Origin: Tagaea sp.
Lineage (GTDB): Bacteria > Pseudomonadota > Alphaproteobacteria > CACIAM-22H2
Assembly (NCBI GenBank): GCA_965279525.1
Contig: CBDIIB010000005.1
Span: 1,407,018 to 1,471,017 of the forward strand
Reading direction: 5' to 3'
DNA: 64,000 nt
Part shown: one piece after another, positions 21,699 to 30,757 of the stretch
Numbering within the stretch: position 1 is the stretch's first letter
Layout of the letters: each line of letters starts with the position of its first letter
Program-made: the position numbers and the translations under genes
Notes under the pieces: model-generated
What the model was told of the DNA's origin: nothing
Seen by the model: only the letters and a program-made list of their open reading frames with translations
Databases searched by the model: none

Positions 21699-22606
21699 AC
21701 CCGTTCGGCCCTGTCGAGCGGATCGAGAGCCGCACCCATGCGCGCCTGCCGGACGTGTTCCGCGCGAAGCGGCGCACCGCTTGGGCGGATGCCAATCGCG
21801 CCGGCGCCCACGTCGATTCGTTCCTTGAAGGCCCGTGTTTCGATGCCGCCGGCAATCTCTTCGTCGTCGACGTCCCGTTCGGCCGCATCTTCCGCATCGC
21901 CCCCGCCGGCACGTGGAGCCTTGTGGCGGAGTATGAAGGCTGGCCCAACGGCATGAAGGTGCGTGCCGACGGCAGGCTCGTCGTCGCGGACTATCGCAAC
22001 GGAATCGTCGAGATCGATCCGGCGACCGGTGCGATGAAGCCGCTGTTGCGCGACTGGCGCTCGGAGAGCTTCAAGGGCGTCAACGACCTGAGCTTTGCCG
22101 CGAACGGCGATCTCTATTTCACCGATCAGGGCCAGACCGGCCTGCAGGATCCGACCGGGCGCGTCTTCCGGCAGGGCGTCGATGGCGCCATCGACCTGCT
22201 GGTCGATACGGTGCCAAGCCCCAACGGCCTCGCGCTCGATCTTGTCGAAAAGGCGCTCTATGTCGCCGTGACGCGCGCCAATGCCATCTGGCGCCTGCCG
22301 CTGTTCGAGCGCGGAAGGTCGTCGAAAGTCGGCACCTTCATCCAGCTTTCCGGCGGCGGCGGTCCGGACGGGATCGCGCTGGACGCGCAAGGCGGGCTCG
22401 TCGTCGCCCATCTTGGCACCGGGGTGTGGCGCTTCGACCGTCACGGCTTCGCCACGCATTTCGTCGGGCCGCTCGGCATGACGGTCACGAACGTCGCGTT
22501 CGGCGGACCGGATGGCCGCGATCTCTACATGACCGAAAGCGAAACGGGCGAGATAAGTGTCGCGCGGATGCCGTTCAGCGGCAGAGCGGTACCACGGCCG
22601 ACTTGA
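21695..22606 (+). CDS. SMP-30/gluconolactonase/LRE-family sugar lactonase
   Basis: The protein shows the six-bladed beta-propeller lactonase pattern (EGPCFDAAGNLFVVD ... NDLSFAANGDLYFTD ... PNGLALD ... PDGIALDAQGGLVVA). It overlaps the AKR stop as ATGA. Confidence 0.8.
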   Translation: MNPFGPVERIESRTHARLPDVFRAKRRTAWADANRAGAHVDSFLEGPCFDAAGNLFVVDVPFGRIFRIAPAGTWSLVAEYEGWPNGMKVRADGRLVVADYRNGIVEIDPATGAMKPLLRDWRSESFKGVNDLSFAANGDLYFTDQGQTGLQDPTGRVFRQGVDGAIDLLVDTVPSPNGLALDLVEKALYVAVTRANAIWRLPLFERGRSSKVGTFIQLSGGGGPDGIALDAQGGLVVAHLGTGVWRFDRHGFATHFVGPLGMTVTNVAFGGPDGRDLYMTESETGEISVARMPFSGRAVPRPT

Positions 22607-23702
22607 CCGTCTCGATGACTTTCGCCTGGTCTTCCTCGGGCATGCCCGGCCACAGGGGCAGCGAGATCTCGCCTTCGCCCCATTCCCAGGAATGCGGGAA
22701 GTCCTTCGCCGTGAAACCGTACTTCTCGCGATAGTAAGTGAGCGTGGGTACCGAACGGTAATTGACCGTGACCGGCACGCCCGCCGCGTTGAGCGCCGCG
22801 ATCGCGGCATCGCGCACTTCCGGCTTCACGTGGATCGGGAACAGGTGCTCGGCCGACACGCAGTTCGCATCGAGCCGCTGCAGGCGGATCGGCAGGTTGG
22901 CGAACTCGTCGCGATAGCGGTCGGCGAGCGCAATGCGCGCGGGCAGGCGCTGGCGGATCGTCTCGATCTGCGCGGGCAGCAATGCTGCGAGCAGGTCGGG
23001 CAGGTTCGCCTTCACGCCGAGCCGGCCCATGTCCCAGTGCCGGTACTGGCCCGCCTTGAAACGGTCGGCGGCGATGGCGCTCATGCCGTGCAGGCGCGTC
23101 TGCTGGAGCTTGCCGAACAGCTCGCCGTCCTTCAGCACGATGGCCCCGCCCTCGCCGCAGGTGACGTTCTTGGTGGCGTAGAACGAGAAGATCGACATCT
23201 CGGAATGGCGGCCCGGCAGCTCGCCGTCGCGCGTGCCCTCGAAGCAGTGCGCACAATCCTCGATCAGCGTCACGTGCGCCGGCAAAGCCGCGCGCAGGCC
23301 CTTCATGTCGCACATCAGCCCGTACATGTGGACCGGGATGCAGGCCTTCGTCCGCTTGGTGACGGCCGCCGCCGCCCCTTCGGGCGTGAGCAGCAATGTG
23401 TCGGGATCGACATCGACGAAGACCGGTTTCGCTCCGACCAGTTCGACCATGTTGGCCGTCGCGATGAAGGTCTGGGCGGGCACGATGACTTCGTCGCCTG
23501 GCCCCACGTCGAGTGCGAGCAGGGCCGCGAGCGCGCCGTTCGTCCAGGAATTGACGAGCAGGGCGTGCGGCGTGTCGAAGAACGCGCACAGCATGCCCTC
23601 GACCTTCTTGCCGACACCGCCCGACGTCAGGAAGGGCGTGTCGAGCACGTCGGCGATCGCCTTGGCGTCGGCGCCGGTCAGGCCGTGGCGGTAGAAATGC
23701 AT
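22575..23702 (-). CDS. DegT/DnrJ/EryC1/StrS-family nucleotide-sugar aminotransferase (PLP-dependent)
   Basis: The motif SFYATKNVTCGEGG retains the catalytic Lys, so this is a genuine aminotransferase, in contrast to the gene at 10717. Confidence 0.8.
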   Translation of the reverse strand: MHFYRHGLTGADAKAIADVLDTPFLTSGGVGKKVEGMLCAFFDTPHALLVNSWTNGALAALLALDVGPGDEVIVPAQTFIATANMVELVGAKPVFVDVDPDTLLLTPEGAAAAVTKRTKACIPVHMYGLMCDMKGLRAALPAHVTLIEDCAHCFEGTRDGELPGRHSEMSIFSFYATKNVTCGEGGAIVLKDGELFGKLQQTRLHGMSAIAADRFKAGQYRHWDMGRLGVKANLPDLLAALLPAQIETIRQRLPARIALADRYRDEFANLPIRLQRLDANCVSAEHLFPIHVKPEVRDAAIAALNAAGVPVTVNYRSVPTLTYYREKYGFTAKDFPHSWEWGEGEISLPLWPGMPEEDQAKVIETVKSAVVPLCR

Positions 23703-23782
23703 CGGTTCGGTTCCCGGAATGTGGCGGAAAGACGGGTCTTTGTCGGGTCCGCGCCGCCGGCTGTCAACATCTTAGACGGCCG

Positions 23783-24547
23783 TCACTCGAAGACGTTCTT
23801 CAGCGTGCCGATCCCGTCGATCGCGACCTCGACATTCGTGCCCGGGCGCATCGGCAGCACGCCCAGCGACGTGCCGCACGCGATCACGTCGCCCGGCTCG
23901 AGCGTCAGGTCGCGGCTGATCAGGCTTACGAGCTTCGCCGGCGCGAAGATCATGTCGGATACCGGATAGTTCTGCCGCTCGCGCCCGTTGACGAGCGTGC
24001 GCACGACGAGGCCGGCCGGGTCGATGCCCGTCGCCACGACGGGGCCGACGGGTGCGAACCCGTCGAAACCCTTGGCGCGCGTCCATTGCGGGAAACTCGG
24101 ATCGGCCGTCAGCAGGTCGAGCGCCGTCACGTCGTTGACGCAGGTGTAACCGAAGATGTGCGCGGCCGCGTCGGCTTGCGCCACGTTCCGGCAGGTGCGG
24201 CCGATCACGATGCCGAGCTCGCCCTCGTAGACCACCCGTCCGTCGAAGCCGACGGGTTTGCGCACCGGTGCGAGATGCGCGTTGAGGGCGCTGGTCGATT
24301 TCAGGAAATAGAGCGGCTCGGCGGGAATGGCCCAGCCGTTCTTCGCCGCCGCCGCGTGGAAGTTGTTCCAAAGCGCCACGATCTTGCCGGGCGTGCACGG
24401 GGCCAGCCACCTTGCGTCGGCAAGCGGGACCGTCTCACCGCTGGGCGCGGCACCGGCGAACATGTCGCCCTCGTGCACCGCCAGCATCCCGCCGTCGACA
24501 TGTCCGGCCAGCGTGCGGCCCTGATACTCGACCCGTCCCCAATGCAT
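23783..24547 (-). CDS. Fumarylacetoacetate hydrolase (FAH)-family hydrolase/hydratase
   Basis: The 254-aa protein has the FAH fold (KIVALWNNFH ... GELGIVIG ... GTPSGV-like C-terminus DVIACGTSLGV). Confidence 0.75.
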   Translation of the reverse strand: MHWGRVEYQGRTLAGHVDGGMLAVHEGDMFAGAAPSGETVPLADARWLAPCTPGKIVALWNNFHAAAAKNGWAIPAEPLYFLKSTSALNAHLAPVRKPVGFDGRVVYEGELGIVIGRTCRNVAQADAAAHIFGYTCVNDVTALDLLTADPSFPQWTRAKGFDGFAPVGPVVATGIDPAGLVVRTLVNGRERQNYPVSDMIFAPAKLVSLISRDLTLEPGDVIACGTSLGVLPMRPGTNVEVAIDGIGTLKNVFE

Positions 24548-24606
24548 GCGTACCTCTCCCTCCCGTGTGCGGATATGCTACAGGCTGGACAGGGAGGAAC
24601 AACACC

Positions 24607-24915
24607 ATGATTCACGTCGTCGCCATCATCACGGCCAAGCCGGGCATGCGCGCCAGCATCCTCGAGGCGTTCCGCGCCAACATGCCGGCCGTCCACGCCG
24701 AAAAAGGCTGCGTCGAATATACGCCCGTGATCGACGCCGAAGGCATCGGCCCGTTCCAGACAAAGTGCGGTCCCGACACGTTCATCGTCGTCGAAAAGTG
24801 GGAAGACGCCGCCACGCTTGCCGCACATGCCGCCGCCCCGCACATGAAGGCGTATGGCGCCAAGGTCGGCCAGTGGGTCGCCAATCGCGCGATCCACGTC
24901 CTGTCGCCGGCCTGA
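24607..24915 (+). CDS. Antibiotic-biosynthesis-monooxygenase (ABM) domain protein
   Basis: The 103-aa protein has a ferredoxin-like ABM fold (MIHVVAIITAKPG ... FIVVEKWEDAATLAAHAAAPHMKAY). Confidence 0.65.
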   Translation: MIHVVAIITAKPGMRASILEAFRANMPAVHAEKGCVEYTPVIDAEGIGPFQTKCGPDTFIVVEKWEDAATLAAHAAAPHMKAYGAKVGQWVANRAIHVLSPA

Positions 24916-25024
24916 GCCGAGGCCCGCAATTCGGCCGGCTCATGGAACGGATGCGGCGCGCGACCGTGCGCGTTAATATCCGACCGAACAGGCGAATCGA
25001 CGACAGCGAATCCGGGAGCGAAAG

Positions 25025-25819
25025 ATGCGCGCGAGCGACATGGAAGCCGTCATCCTCGCAGGGGGCATGGGAACGCGCCTTCGCGAGGAAACCGAGCTGC
25101 GGCCAAAGCCGATGGTCGAGATCGGCGGCGTGCCGATCCTCGTGCACATCATGCGCATCTACCGCCATTATGGCGTTCGCCGGTTCATCGTCTGCCTTGG
25201 TTACAAAGGCGACGTCATCCGCGACTATTTCATCAACTATCGGCTCCACAACGCCGACCTCGAGGTCGATCTTTCGACCAATGCCGTGCGCGTGCTGGGC
25301 GACGTGGCGCCACTCGACTGGACGGTCACGCTGGTCGAGACCGGTGCCGAATCGCAGACCGGCAGCCGGATCCGGCGGGCCTTGAAGCATGTGCGCGGCC
25401 AGACCTTCTTCGCCACCTACGGCGACGGGGTCGCCAATGTCGATGTCGCCGGACTTCTCGACACGCACGTGAAGTCGGGCAAACTCGGCACGGTCACGGC
25501 CGTGCACCCGCCCTCGCGCTTCGGCGAGATCGACATCGCCGGGACCGACGTGCGCACGTTCCGTGAAAAGCCGCAGATCGACGAAGGCTGGATCAACGGT
25601 GGCTTCCTGGTCCTCGACAAGCGCGCGGTCGACGGCGTGGCGCTCGACGACACGAAGAACAGCCTGGAGATCGACGTGCTGCCGAAGCTGGCGCACGCAG
25701 GCCATCTCGCCGTCCACCGGCACGGCGGATTCTGGCAATGCATGGACACCTATCGCGACATGACACTGCTCAACGAGATGTGGGCGGCCGGCAAGGCGCC
25801 CTGGAAGGTCTGGCAATGA
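25025..25819 (+). CDS. rfbF: Glucose-1-phosphate cytidylyltransferase
   Basis: AVILAGGMGTRLREETELRPKPMVEIGGVPILVHIMRIY is a canonical RfbF/DdhA N-terminus, and the protein length matches. An alternative start is possible at Met 25040. Confidence 0.9.
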   Translation: MRASDMEAVILAGGMGTRLREETELRPKPMVEIGGVPILVHIMRIYRHYGVRRFIVCLGYKGDVIRDYFINYRLHNADLEVDLSTNAVRVLGDVAPLDWTVTLVETGAESQTGSRIRRALKHVRGQTFFATYGDGVANVDVAGLLDTHVKSGKLGTVTAVHPPSRFGEIDIAGTDVRTFREKPQIDEGWINGGFLVLDKRAVDGVALDDTKNSLEIDVLPKLAHAGHLAVHRHGGFWQCMDTYRDMTLLNEMWAAGKAPWKVWQ

Positions 25820-26211
25820 GCGAAGCGACGATCCGGAAATACTACGCGGCATTCAACGCGCGCGATTGGGATGGCATGTGCGCGCTGCTGACCGACGATG
25901 TCGCCCACGACGTGTGCCAGGGCGGCCGCCAGACGGGTCGCGCAGCGTTCCGGACCTTCCTCGATCACATGGACCGCTGCTATCGCGAGCGCACGCGCGA
26001 TCTTGCGGTGATGGTGGAGGCGTCGGGAACACGTGCCGCTGCCGAGTTCGATCTCGACGGGACGTACCTTGCCACCGACGCGCCGCATCCGCCGGCGCGT
26101 GGGCAGACCTATACGCTGCGCGTGGGTGCCTTCTTCGACCTCCGCGACGGCAAGATCGCGCGCATTGCCAACCACTACAACGTCGCGGACTGGCTGGCGC
26201 AGGTGCGATGA
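25816..26211 (+). CDS. SnoaL-like / NTF2-fold (ketosteroid-isomerase-like) protein
   Basis: The 131-aa protein has the KYYAAFNARDWDGM motif typical of the SnoaL_2 family. Its ATG overlaps the rfbF stop as ATGA. Confidence 0.6.
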   Translation: MSEATIRKYYAAFNARDWDGMCALLTDDVAHDVCQGGRQTGRAAFRTFLDHMDRCYRERTRDLAVMVEASGTRAAAEFDLDGTYLATDAPHPPARGQTYTLRVGAFFDLRDGKIARIANHYNVADWLAQVR

Positions 26212-26798
26212 CCGGCGCCACGGTCGAGACGATCGCCGGCACGGCGGCCGCCCCGGTCATCGAGGATCTCGCCCGGCTGCGCGTCACGGTATTCCGCGAC
26301 TGGCCCTATCTCTACGAGGGCAGTCTCGACTACGAGCGGCGGTATCTCGCCAAATATCTGGTTCTCGACCGCTCGACGATCGTGCTGGCGCGTGCAGATG
26401 GCGCCGTTGTGGGTGCTTCGACCGCGCTGCCGCTTGAAAGCGCCGAGCCCGAGCTGCAGGCACCGTTCGTCGCCGCCGGTCTCGATCCGAAGGAATATTA
26501 CTACTACGGCGAATCGGTGCTGCTGCCGGCGTGGCGTCGCCGTGGCATCGGGGTCGCGTTTTTCGCAGCACGCGAAGCGCGCGCGCGCGAACTCGGCTAC
26601 CGGATCGGCACGTTCTGTGCGGTCGTCCGGCCCGACAACCATCCAGCCCGCCCGGGCGACTACGTTCCCCTCGACGCGTTCTGGGCCCGGCGCGGCTATG
26701 CAAAGGCGCCCGGCCTGACGGCCTCGTTCGGCTGGCGCGACGTGGGCGACGAGGCGACGAGCGCCAAGCCGATGGTGTTTTGGACCAAGCGGCTCTAG
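26208..26798 (+). CDS. GNAT-family N-acetyltransferase
   Basis: An acetyl-CoA binding motif AWRRRGIGVAFFAAR (Q/RxxGxG/A) is present. Its ATG overlaps the SnoaL stop as ATGA. Confidence 0.65.
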   Translation: MTGATVETIAGTAAAPVIEDLARLRVTVFRDWPYLYEGSLDYERRYLAKYLVLDRSTIVLARADGAVVGASTALPLESAEPELQAPFVAAGLDPKEYYYYGESVLLPAWRRRGIGVAFFAAREARARELGYRIGTFCAVVRPDNHPARPGDYVPLDAFWARRGYAKAPGLTASFGWRDVGDEATSAKPMVFWTKRL

Positions 26799-26864
26799 CC
26801 TTCTTCCACGCAGGCCGGGGCGGGCCTATTCTTCCTGCCGAGCGCCAGCCTCCGGAGTGCCGCC

Positions 26865-27800
26865 ATGCCCGCGATCGATATCCAGATTTCCGAAGTCGGC
26901 CCCCGCGACGGGCTGCAGAACACGAAAACCTTCATGCCGACCGAAGCGAAGAAGGCTTGGATCGCAGCACTTGCCGCCGCAGGCCTGCCCGAGATCGAGG
27001 TCTGCTCCTTCGTCAATCCGAAGATGATCGCGCAGTTTTCCGATGCGGCCGAAGTCGCCGCGTATTCGCTGACATTGCCGGACGTCTCGATCGTGGCGTT
27101 GATACCGAACCTCAAGGGAGCCGAGCGCGCGGTCGAGGTCGGCGTGCGGCGGATCTCGCTGCCGATCTCGGCAAGCGAGGCACATTCGCGCTCCAACGTG
27201 CGCAAATCGGTCGACGAACAACTGGATGAACTGGCGCGCATCGTGGCGCTGCGGAACTCGCTGCCCGCGGAAAGGCGCTTCCAGATCACGGCAGGCATTT
27301 CGACCGCCTTCGGCTGCACGCTGCAGGGCGAGGTGCCGGAGGCCGACGTGCTGAAGATCGCCGCGCGCGCGGTCGAGATCGATGCGGACTCGGTTTCGAT
27401 CGCCGACACGGTCGGCTACGCGAATCCCGCGCAGGTGCGTCGGCTGCTGTCGGCCGCGCGGGCCGAAATCGGCGGCAGGCTGGAAGCCGCACACTTCCAC
27501 AACACGCGCGGTCTCGGCCTTGCCAACTGCGTGGCGGCGATCGAGGCGGGCGTGCGTTCACTCGACAGCTCGATGGCGGGGCTGGGGGGCTGCCCCTATG
27601 CGCCCGGTGCTTCGGGCAACGTCATCACCGAGGATCTCGTGTTCATGCTCGAGGCGATGGGCCTGCGCACGGGCGTGGATATCGCCAAGCTGCTCGAAGC
27701 GCGCAAGTTCCTCGAGGTGGCGCTGCCGGGAGCCGATTTCTACGGGCATCTCGCCAAGGCAGGCGTGCCCAAGGGCTTCGCGCGTGCGGAGGCCGCCTGA
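26865..27800 (+). CDS. HMG-CoA lyase-like (citramalyl-CoA/HMG-CoA lyase family, DRE-TIM)
   Basis: The N-terminus ISEVGPRDGLQN and the motif CSFVNPK are present, along with C-terminal GLGGCPYAPGASGN, which is diagnostic of the HMGL-like family. Confidence 0.85.
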   Translation: MPAIDIQISEVGPRDGLQNTKTFMPTEAKKAWIAALAAAGLPEIEVCSFVNPKMIAQFSDAAEVAAYSLTLPDVSIVALIPNLKGAERAVEVGVRRISLPISASEAHSRSNVRKSVDEQLDELARIVALRNSLPAERRFQITAGISTAFGCTLQGEVPEADVLKIAARAVEIDADSVSIADTVGYANPAQVRRLLSAARAEIGGRLEAAHFHNTRGLGLANCVAAIEAGVRSLDSSMAGLGGCPYAPGASGNVITEDLVFMLEAMGLRTGVDIAKLLEARKFLEVALPGADFYGHLAKAGVPKGFARAEAA

Positions 27801-29005
27801 TGGGCGATCTGCCGCTCGCCGGACTGCGCGTCGTCGAGTTCGTCCACATGGTGATGGGACCGAGCTGCGGCCTCATCCTCGGGGACCTGGGCGCCGACGT
27901 GATCAAGGTCGAGCCGGTCCCCGCCGGCGACAACACGCGCCGTCTCACGTCGTCCGGCTCCGGCTTCTTCGTCGCGTTCAACCGCAACAAGCGCTCGTTC
28001 GCACTCGACATGAAGAGTGCGGAAGGCCTCGAGATCGCGCGCCGGCTGGTCGCGACCGCTGACATCGTCACCGAGAATTTTCGCCCCGGTGCCATGGACA
28101 AGTTGGGTCTGGGCTACGAAGCGGTGCACAAGCTCGACCCGCGCATCGTCTACTGCTCGCTCAAAGGTTTCCTCGAAGGCCCCTACGAGCACCGCACGGC
28201 CCTCGACGAGGTCGTGCAGATGATGGGCGGACTTGCCTACATGACCGGTCCCGCCGGGCGGCCGCTGCGCGCCGGCACGTCGGTCAACGACATCATGGGC
28301 GGCATGTTCGCGGTGATCGCGATCCTGGCCGCACTTGAAGAACGCCATCGCACCGGCAAGGGCCGCTACGTCAAATCCTCGCTCTACGAGAACTGCGCCT
28401 TCCTGTCGGCCCAGCACATCGCGCAGTACGGCATGACCGGCGAAGCGCCGCCGCCGATGCCGGTGCGCCGCGGGGCGTGGGGCATCTACGACGTGTTCGA
28501 CACGGCCGACAACGAGCAGCTTTTCGTCGCCGTGGTCAGCGACACGCAATGGGGGCCGTTCTGCGACGCCTTCGGGTTCGCGGCTCTCAAGTCCGATCCG
28601 AAGCTCGCGACCAATCCGCAGCGCTGTGCCGCACGCGACACACTGGTCCCGGCGGTGGCGGCCGCTTTGGGCAAGTTCACGAAGGTCGAGTTGGTGGCCA
28701 AGTGCGAAAAACTGGGCATCCCGTTCGCCCCCATCGTGCGCCCGGTCGAGCTGCTCGACGATCCGCATCTCAACGCAAGCAATGGCCTGGTCGACGTCGC
28801 CAGCCCGGATGGGAAGCGCGTGCGCATCCCCGGTCTGCCGATGAGCTTCGACGGCGAGCGCCTGCCGGTCCGCCGCGATGCGCCGGCCGTCGGCGCCCAC
28901 AGCCGGGAACTGCTCGTCGAGCTCGGCTACGGGCCGGCCGACATCGACCGGCTGTTCGCCGCCGGCACGCTGGTCGAGAACCGCCCCGCCAAAGCGGCCG
29001 AATAG
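27800..29005 (+). CDS. Family III CoA-transferase (CaiB/BaiF)
   Basis: LAGLRVVEFVHMVMGPSCGLILGDLGADVIKVEP is a canonical CaiB/BaiF N-terminus. Its start overlaps the lyase stop. Confidence 0.85.
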   Translation: MGDLPLAGLRVVEFVHMVMGPSCGLILGDLGADVIKVEPVPAGDNTRRLTSSGSGFFVAFNRNKRSFALDMKSAEGLEIARRLVATADIVTENFRPGAMDKLGLGYEAVHKLDPRIVYCSLKGFLEGPYEHRTALDEVVQMMGGLAYMTGPAGRPLRAGTSVNDIMGGMFAVIAILAALEERHRTGKGRYVKSSLYENCAFLSAQHIAQYGMTGEAPPPMPVRRGAWGIYDVFDTADNEQLFVAVVSDTQWGPFCDAFGFAALKSDPKLATNPQRCAARDTLVPAVAAALGKFTKVELVAKCEKLGIPFAPIVRPVELLDDPHLNASNGLVDVASPDGKRVRIPGLPMSFDGERLPVRRDAPAVGAHSRELLVELGYGPADIDRLFAAGTLVENRPAKAAE

Positions 29006-29121
29006 GCCTGCAACAGGCTCATTTCTTGACGCTTCGGCGACCGGCGGCCTAACCTCGGTCCCCAATCCCGGGACCAACCGGGTGCCAGCAATATCCATCC
29101 TTCCGACAGGGGACCCGCATC

Positions 29122-30123
29122 ATGAAGAAACTCTCCCGCCGCCAGTTCACGGGCGGCGTGGCCGCCGGCCTTGCCGCGGCCGCGATCGTCCGTCCGGCCG
29201 CCGCTCAGGCGAAATGGAAATGGGATCTGCCGTCCGGCTACGCGGCGTCGAATTTCCATTCGGTCAACCTGATCCAGTTCGCCAAGGACGTTAAGGACGC
29301 CTCGGGCGGCAAGCTCGAGATCACGGTCCATCCCGGCGCCTCGCTGTTCAAGGTCCCCGAGATCATGCGGGCCGTTCAGACCAACCAGGCGCAGGTCGGC
29401 GAGCTGCTGATGGTCGTGCTGGAGAACGAGGATCCGATCTTCGGCGCCGACAACGTGCCGTTCCTCGCGACGTCCTATGCGGACGCCCGCAAGCTCGCGA
29501 ACGTCCAGAAGCCGCTGGTCGAGAAGCGCCTGACGAGCCGCGGCCTGCGCCAGCTCTTCGCGGTGCCGTGGCCGCCGCAGGGCTTCTACAGCCCCAAGCC
29601 GCTTGCGGTTCCCGACGACCTCAAGGGACTGTCGTTCCGCTCCTACGGCGCTTCGGCCGGCCGCTTTGCCGAACTCGCCGGCATGCGCGTCACGACGATC
29701 CAGGCCGCCGAACTCGTCCAGGCGCTGGCCGCCGGCCGCGTCAATTCGATGATCACGTCGGGTGCGACGGGCTATGACTCGAAGGTCTGGGAGCACATCA
29801 AGTATTTCTACGACGTGCAGGCCTGGCTGCCGAAGAACCTGATCATGGTCAACCAGCGTTCGTGGGCGGCCCTCGACGATGCGACGAAGTCGGCCGTGAC
29901 CAAGGCGGCCGGAGTTGCCGAAGCGCGCGGCTGGGCCGAGTCCGAGCGCCTGTCGAACCATTTCCTGGGCGAACTCAAGAAGAACGGCATGACGGTCGAG
30001 GCGCCGTCGCCGGCCCTGAAAGCCGGGTTCCAGCGCTGGGGCGAAGAGCTGACGAAGGACTGGCTGGGGCGTGCCGGTGCCGACGGCCAGGCGCTCGTCG
30101 CGGCCTACAAGGCCAGCGCCTGA
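29122..30123 (+). CDS. dctP: TRAP transporter substrate-binding protein (DctP family)
   Basis: The protein has a Tat/Sec signal (RRQFTGGVAAGLAAAAIVRPAAAQ) and the DctP fold, and sits upstream of dctQ and dctM. Confidence 0.85.
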   Translation: MKKLSRRQFTGGVAAGLAAAAIVRPAAAQAKWKWDLPSGYAASNFHSVNLIQFAKDVKDASGGKLEITVHPGASLFKVPEIMRAVQTNQAQVGELLMVVLENEDPIFGADNVPFLATSYADARKLANVQKPLVEKRLTSRGLRQLFAVPWPPQGFYSPKPLAVPDDLKGLSFRSYGASAGRFAELAGMRVTTIQAAELVQALAAGRVNSMITSGATGYDSKVWEHIKYFYDVQAWLPKNLIMVNQRSWAALDDATKSAVTKAAGVAEARGWAESERLSNHFLGELKKNGMTVEAPSPALKAGFQRWGEELTKDWLGRAGADGQALVAAYKASA

Positions 30124-30169
30124 TCCGCGGCGCGATGTTTGCTTGAAGTGACTTGCGATTGACGCAATA

Positions 30170-30212
30170 GGGGGCGGTCGGACCGGTTCCGGTCCGGCCG
30201 CCCCTTTTCTAC
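30170..30212 (+). terminator. Intrinsic terminator or attenuator after dctP
   Basis: A GC-rich imperfect hairpin GGGCGGTCGGACCGG-TTCC-GGTCCGGCCGCCC is followed by TTTT. Confidence 0.55.
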
Positions 30213-30226
30213 TGACCGGCGGATCG

Positions 30227-30742
30227 ATGCGGCGTTTTCTCGACACACTCTACGAAGCGAGCGGCTGGGCAGCCGGCCTCGGCATGATCGCGATCCTGGT
30301 CGTCACACTCCTCCAGATTCTCGGCGGCGTGACCGACATCTATGTCCGCGGCACGGATGCCTATGCGGGCTACGCGATGGCGGCTTCGTCGTTCTTCGCG
30401 CTCGCCAGCACGCTCAAGCGCGGCGAGCACATCCGCGTGACGCTCATCATCCAGAAATTCAAGGGTGCCGCCCGGCGCTGGATCGAGTTCTGGTGCCTCG
30501 GCGTCGCGATCCTGCTGTCGGGCTTCTTCGCCTGGTATGCGTGGGACATGGTCTACTGGTCGTGGGAGTTCGAATCGCGCTCTGATGCGATGGACGCATC
30601 GCCGCTGTGGATCCCGCAATCGGCGATGGCGCTCGGCATGAGCGTCCTGTTCGTCGCGTTCGTCGACGAGTTCGTGCAGGTCCTGCAGGGCCGCGATCCG
30701 GCGCAGAGCGACCTGTCGGCCGAACTCCAGCACACCGAATAG
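30227..30742 (+). CDS. dctQ: TRAP transporter small permease (DctQ)
   Basis: The 171-aa protein has 4 TM helices and lies between dctP and dctM. Confidence 0.8.
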   Translation: MRRFLDTLYEASGWAAGLGMIAILVVTLLQILGGVTDIYVRGTDAYAGYAMAASSFFALASTLKRGEHIRVTLIIQKFKGAARRWIEFWCLGVAILLSGFFAWYAWDMVYWSWEFESRSDAMDASPLWIPQSAMALGMSVLFVAFVDEFVQVLQGRDPAQSDLSAELQHTE

Positions 30743-30757
30743 CGGCGGAAGCGAACG

